Part shown: one piece after another, positions 62,319 to 64,000 of the stretch
How the letters are laid out: the number at the start of each line of letters is the position of its first letter
Numbering within the stretch: position 1 is the stretch's first letter
Assembly (NCBI GenBank): GCA_035084275.1
Contig: CM068755.1
Span: 11,222,001 to 11,286,000, forward strand
Source: Hydrolagus colliei
Taxonomy: Eukaryota
Direction of reading: 5' to 3'
DNA: 64,000 bases
Translations under genes and position numbers: made by a program
The notes under the pieces: model-generated
Seen by the model: only the letters and a program-made list of their open reading frames with translations
Database searches by the model: none
Told to the model about the DNA's origin: nothing

Positions 62319-64000
62319 TGTGAATTATGTTCTTTTTTTGAGGGTCTCTGAAACTATTACTTTCCTGCTCGTTTTGGGGCTGTTTACCTTACCTAACCAA
62401 TTCCATTATTAACCCTCACCTCCAAGCATCCATCCAGTAACTTGTCCCCCTTAGTGTCTTGTCTCTCTCAAGGGGGAGTTTCAGCTATCTACTTTTCAAC
62501 TAGTGCTGTGATAAATCATTGCTAATGTGTAGCAGAGCAAGTTCAAAGCTTGCCCATATGCAAAGGAAATCTGTCGCTCAGTGAAGTGAAAAGCACTTAG
62601 GAAGTTATGTTTCAATCTGGAGAGGTGCTTCTTGTAATCGAGATAAGAACTTAAGAATTTACAAATAACACAGCAATCTAGATTTTCATATCCTCGCCTC
62701 AGCTGTTAGCAAACCCTGAATCAAAATGAGTAGGTCAGTTGAGTCTTTTCAGAAAAACAGGTTTCGTGAAAAAAGTGCTTTTATCTTGAATAAGGCTCTA
62801 TTGTATTAGTTCTGGACCTTTCACTAATGGAAATAATTTAAGAAAGAAAAAAGGAATGAGAATCAGTTCAGTTCCCTATTGAGAGCCTAACCATTATACT
62901 GTCATCACCATCAATGAGTGGCTGAGAGTGAAACCTTATTTACAATTTGATACCTTTTTTCTGCATGCCCACAACTAAATGAATGCATTCTCAAATCCAA
63001 TTTTTACAAACTAGGTATTGATAATGACGTCCCACCGGCCAAATTGTATGTCAGATACAATTGTATGCTCAGTCATTGAGTTGAAACCAGGAGGTAGGTC
63101 ATGGATGAACATGGATGGCTGGTTTAAGGATAGCCAAAAACTGAAGTTTGACCTGATTGCCACAGGGGCAAAATTACCAAAAATGTTGCAGGTTTCCTTA
63201 GAGAAATTAAATAAGATGCATACAGACTGTGATAGGTTCACTTGTAAAAAGCTAGCGGGAGAAATAATTCAAATGAATCTTTCTTGCTCCTGATTTCTTA
63301 CATTCCTAAGAATAGGCAAGTATGAATGTAGGAGTATGTTGTCATTGTGAAAGCTCAGTAGACATCATGTTCTGAAATTGTGTAGTTTCTCAACCCTGGC
63401 AGCTCTTACTTTGTCATCTGGCATTCAGAAATTCACAAGTACGGTGAATCTTAAGCCGCACAAGTACAATTTTTTTTTACTCACTGGAGACATTGTATTA
63501 TTTCTAGCCAGTGAATTCCTTTCAACTTAAATGGGCTTTGCTTCTAAACTACGAGATTGATTTATCGAGATTAGTGTTCAGTGGTTAGATTCAGTCAAGG
63601 TTTTACATATCCATGCATCTGAACAGTCTTCAGCTGAAATGTTCTGGGAGAAAGTTAGAATCCCACCATCATCCAAAAAATCACCCTGTCCTCATGGGCT
63701 GTCCATTAATCTTTCTTTAAATATAAAAGTATAAACATTACTGTATATTTTAACCATGAGCAGGCACAATGCAAGGCAAACAATCCATTCAGTTGGCATT
63801 TTTGCCACAGAATAATGTAAAACCATTTAAGAGCGATCTGCCCGATTGAACATGAGTGTTTAGGTGACCCATTCAAACTGTAGAGTGTTTGTGCACAATT
63901 GTTCTACATTGTAAGTAAAACAAGGAATATTTTATTAATTACACGTTTGCTTTGGGGAAGGGGAGGGGGTGTGGTGGTGGAGGAGAGAGTCATCACCTTT

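Noticed and set aside
63015-63240. Possible highly decayed CR1 RT fragment (W...GWFKD.Q); a similar trace at ~14820-14925
   Set aside because: Similarity too weak to support by eye; needs a translated HMM search.

Overview
AT-rich vertebrate genomic DNA, very probably from a cartilaginous fish (chimaera/elephant-shark-like, judged from its repeat families). It holds no intact protein-coding gene. The ORF track consists of LINE remnants, SINE/minisatellite artefacts and chance ORFs. The window appears to be almost entirely intronic in a large minus-strand gene, with a 51-nt exon at 42816-42866 and the start of the next exon at 96..1 (running off the left edge), 42.7 kb apart. From memory, not from a search, these resemble the conserved 5'-UTR exons of ENOX1/ENOX2, more likely ENOX1. 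Spliced together they carry a chain of upstream ORFs and a continuous Cys/Trp-rich frame, which is the most interesting signal here. The rest is a layered retroposon landscape: a young tRNA-headed SINE with an L2-like tail, older Deu-domain SINEs, a third old SINE-like family, and L2 and CR1 LINE fragments with nested insertions. There are also a candidate MITE, several strong hairpins, satellites and CNE-like stretches. Repeat boundaries were read by eye and are approximate. No CRISPR, rRNA or prokaryotic features were seen.
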